NCBI GenBank assembly: GCA_020510985.1
Contig: CM035846.1
Span: 202,651,081-202,715,080, forward strand
Source: Pholidichthys leucotaenia
Taxonomy: Eukaryota
Length of the DNA: 64,000 bases
Direction of reading: 5' to 3'
Notes under the pieces: generated by a model
Told to the model about the DNA's origin: nothing
What the model saw: the letters and a program-made list of their open reading frames with translations, nothing else
Databases searched by the model: none
Part shown: piece after piece, positions 61,583 to 64,000 of the stretch
Layout: every line of letters starts with the position of its first letter
Position numbering within the stretch: the stretch's first letter is position 1
Made by a program: the position numbers and the translations under genes

Positions 61583-62531
61583 TATCACACCTAGACGATT
61601 TAGGCAGCCAAAACGTATGGGGAAAAATTTGGAGAATACACTGGCATACGTCAAATTAGTTATGGCTAAGTTTTGTCTAAGTTAAGAGCAGGCTGAAGAA
61701 CGCTGAAGCATGCTGGTATATGGCGTATTTTGCCGAGCTCCTCTGAAAATTAATTTTTAGCATGCTGAAAATTTTCCGACGTATCCAGCGTTTGGCTGAT
61801 GTGTCCCGCATTTGTGGAGCAAATGGCTTTTTTGCACTGTTGGTTCACAGGAAAAACCCGTACAGAGCTCTCTGCCTGCAGCGCATATGTGCGCGCACAC
61901 ACACAACACAGGAGGATCCAATCAGATGATCGCCTGAAGCACAGCCGTTTCCTGTTGGCTGCACCTCCCAGCAAAAGCACACTCCATGCATTATCTTGGT
62001 TTTTTTTTCCCTCACTTTATTGAAAATAAACTTTTTTTATTGCCATCAGTTTGCGTGCCTTTGAGCCAGGTTGTGACAGCTGTCATCTGATGGTCCTGAC
62101 GTGTCACATCATTTGTTTTAGGTGTGACTGACATGACAGATTTGACAGCTCTGCCAAGTCAATCACCCCCCCCCCCCCATGGTCTTTGGAGAGGAGAATC
62201 ATTTGGGTTGAACAGAGATGATCTCTCACACACCTAGGATTCATGGATTGGGAGGCAACGGCAGTTTGGCATGACTGTGCTATGAAGAAGAAGTTAGACT
62301 ATTGTTGCGCATAAGTTGTGAATGTTGGCAACGTACTAAGCATTAATTGGTTTAAGTTACTTACAAGTTATGAAAATATTCTATATAAGTTAGTAATACG
62401 TTATGTATATGTCCAAGTCCTTATGGATACGTGATGCATATGGCCAAAAGTGAAAATTTCTGCGTATCCCAGTGTTTCGACCAATTTTTATACGTTTGGC
62501 AAACGCTGCTTAAATCATCATGGTGTGACAG
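61583..62531. mobile_element. Unclassified non-autonomous TIR element (about 950 bp) with roughly 85-bp terminal inverted repeats (ctatcacacctagacgatttaggcagcc... / ...ctgtcacacc)
   Basis: The reverse complement of 62445..62531 aligns at about 75% to 61583..61665. The TSD is not resolved. Confidence 0.4.
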
Positions 62532-63129
62532 TAAACGGCTCAAGTTTACAAACCCTGTTTGGCTCCAAGTATCTACTCCATCAGTTGCAAAGAGCAGGCA
62601 TTCATAGCAAGATAATTTGCAGCACTCCTCGGAGCCTGTAATCCAAGGATATCGCTCATTGCTAATATGGAAGTGACGGACAAATCTTTTCCCCGGCCTG
62701 CTAGTTTCTGGGTTGGCTGACTTTTCTTCACAATCACCAGCTTTTCTTAAAAAGTCTGTCTGGAAAATTGATTTTGTAGCTGTTTAAGCAAGTCCTTGCA
62801 CTGGCATTTTGCTAGCTAGGATCCTCTGCATTGTGGTTGGAGGAGTCTTAACTGTCCAATCAAAAGATGTGAAAATGCCGACGTTCTCAGATGCCTTCTA
62901 TGCATAGCCCTGGATGTACAGCAGACATTTGATTGGTTAAAGCAACAGGACAAGTTTAAGTTAATTTGACCTACAGAGCACACTGTTAATTCCTGAAGGC
63001 CCAAGGCAGATTTGCCTGACCCTGGCAACACAGATGGCTGAAATATGATTGGACAAAAAAAACTAACATGCATTACACTACTGGAAGGAGTGCAACCAAG
63101 AGAAAAGCTATGAAATGAAGAGCATAGAC

Positions 63130-63322
63130 CACAGGTGTCAAACTCATTCCCTGGAGGGCCAAGACCCTGCAGGTTTTACCTCCACCCAGTGTCTTCAACA
63201 GGTGATTTTAACTGAATTTCTTCCCACTGATTGCTGATCAGTGAAAGCACCTGCTGAAGACACTGGGTGGAAGTAAAACATGCAGGGTCTTGGCCCTCCA
63301 TGGAATGAGTTTGACACCCCTG
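63130..63322. mobile_element. hAT-type MITE copy 2 with a perfect 8-bp TSD GCATAGAC (63122..63129 and 63323..63330)
   Basis: Palindromic 193-bp element. Flanks read directly. Confidence 0.65.
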
Positions 63323-63367
63323 GCATAGACTATTGGGAATAATTTAATACATCGACATGAAACAAAT

Positions 63368-63442
63368 GAATCGGTGAATTCAAAAAGGGCCCAAGTCCAC
63401 ACTTTTTCAATGGGGACTTGAGCCCTTTTTGAATTCACCGAT
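63368..63442. repeat. Near-perfect 31-bp stem hairpin (gaatcggtgaattcaaaaagggcccaagtcc ... ggacttgagccctttttgaattcaccgattc) with a 13-nt loop
   Basis: Reverse-complement comparison gives 30 of 31 matches. Confidence 0.6.
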
Positions 63443-63601
63443 TCAAATATAACAATGTAGTTTGTAAATGTAATTCTGATAGTGTTTCGGCCAACAGAGA
63501 AGGCTTTGCTGGCCCTGAGGGTCCACCACTGGAGAGTTGTGAAGATAACTGATTTTATTTATGCCAATCATCCAGTGTGTAGCTTTGCTGAGGCTCTAGA
63601 A

Positions 63602-63797
63602 CAGGGGTGTCCAATCATGTGCCATGGAGGGCCAAGACCCTGCAGGTTTTCTCTTCTACCTAGTCTCTTCAGCAGGTGTTTTCACTTATCAGCAATCAGT
63701 GGGAAGAAATCCAGTGGAATCTGCTGTTGAAGACACGGGTTGGAGGTAAAGCCCTGCAGGGTCTTGGCCCTCCATGGCACATGATTGGACACCCCTG
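63602..63797. mobile_element. hAT-type MITE copy 3 with a perfect 8-bp TSD CTCTAGAA (63594..63601 and 63798..63805)
   Basis: Same family as 41387 and 63130. Confidence 0.65.
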
Positions 63798-63893
63798 CTC
63801 TAGAAAATTAGACATGCTTTCAAAAGTAGAGAGATGTGATGAACTAGAAAATATTTTCTCAAACCATCATTTTACTGGCATTGTTATCCTTAA

Positions 63894-64000
63894 CTAGTGC
63901 ATACCCGTGCATGCCCGTAGAGGGGATGCATTGGAACAGAGTTCTTGCCAGTTACAGGACAGTTGGTATAGCAACACAGCACTAAGTGGCAATCACATGT
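63894..64000 (-). mobile_element. Helitron-like element copy 3: 3' terminus CTAG at 63894..63897 next to A (T on the minus strand); the body runs off the window
   Basis: taaCTAGTGCATACCCGTGCATGCCCGTAGA matches 24994.. and the reverse complement of 4441..4508. Confidence 0.3.

Noticed and set aside
61583-62531. Calling the TIR element piggyBac
   Set aside because: TTAA is not directly next to both termini and the ends do not start CCC/GGG in the usual way. I left it unclassified.

Overview
This window is eukaryotic nuclear DNA, most consistent with a teleost fish, and it contains no prokaryotic operons, CRISPR arrays or defence islands. The Tc1 transposons with long IR/DR ends, the tRNA-derived SINEs with the fish core, and the L2/CR1, RTE and L1 LINEs point to fish. 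Roughly two thirds of the window is transposable-element sequence in nested layers.

Bases 1..26400 form a TE graveyard. It holds two Ty3/Gypsy elements: one is intact and young (13666..18467) and lies inside a LINE reverse-transcriptase ORF. It also holds three copies of a gag-protease-only LTR-like family, a non-autonomous LTR element with an empty-site paralog, solo LTRs, L2/CR1 and RTE LINE pieces, SINEs, and Helitron-like termini joined to satellite DNA.

From about 26500 to the end of the window lies the 5' part of a host gene on the plus strand. By TROVE-domain similarity recalled from memory this is tep1 (telomerase-associated protein 1). I call 11 exons plus one further candidate. Its introns carry nested Tc1/mariner transposons, a full-length L1 with a 17-bp TSD, SINEs, hAT MITEs and LINE tails.

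The most unusual items are the pol-less gag-protease family with LTR-like repeats carrying a TATA box, a flip-flop inversion next to that TATA box, and candidate Helitron ends carrying satellites. All coordinates come from reading the sequence and the ORF track. Family names are from memory of conserved motifs, not from database searches.
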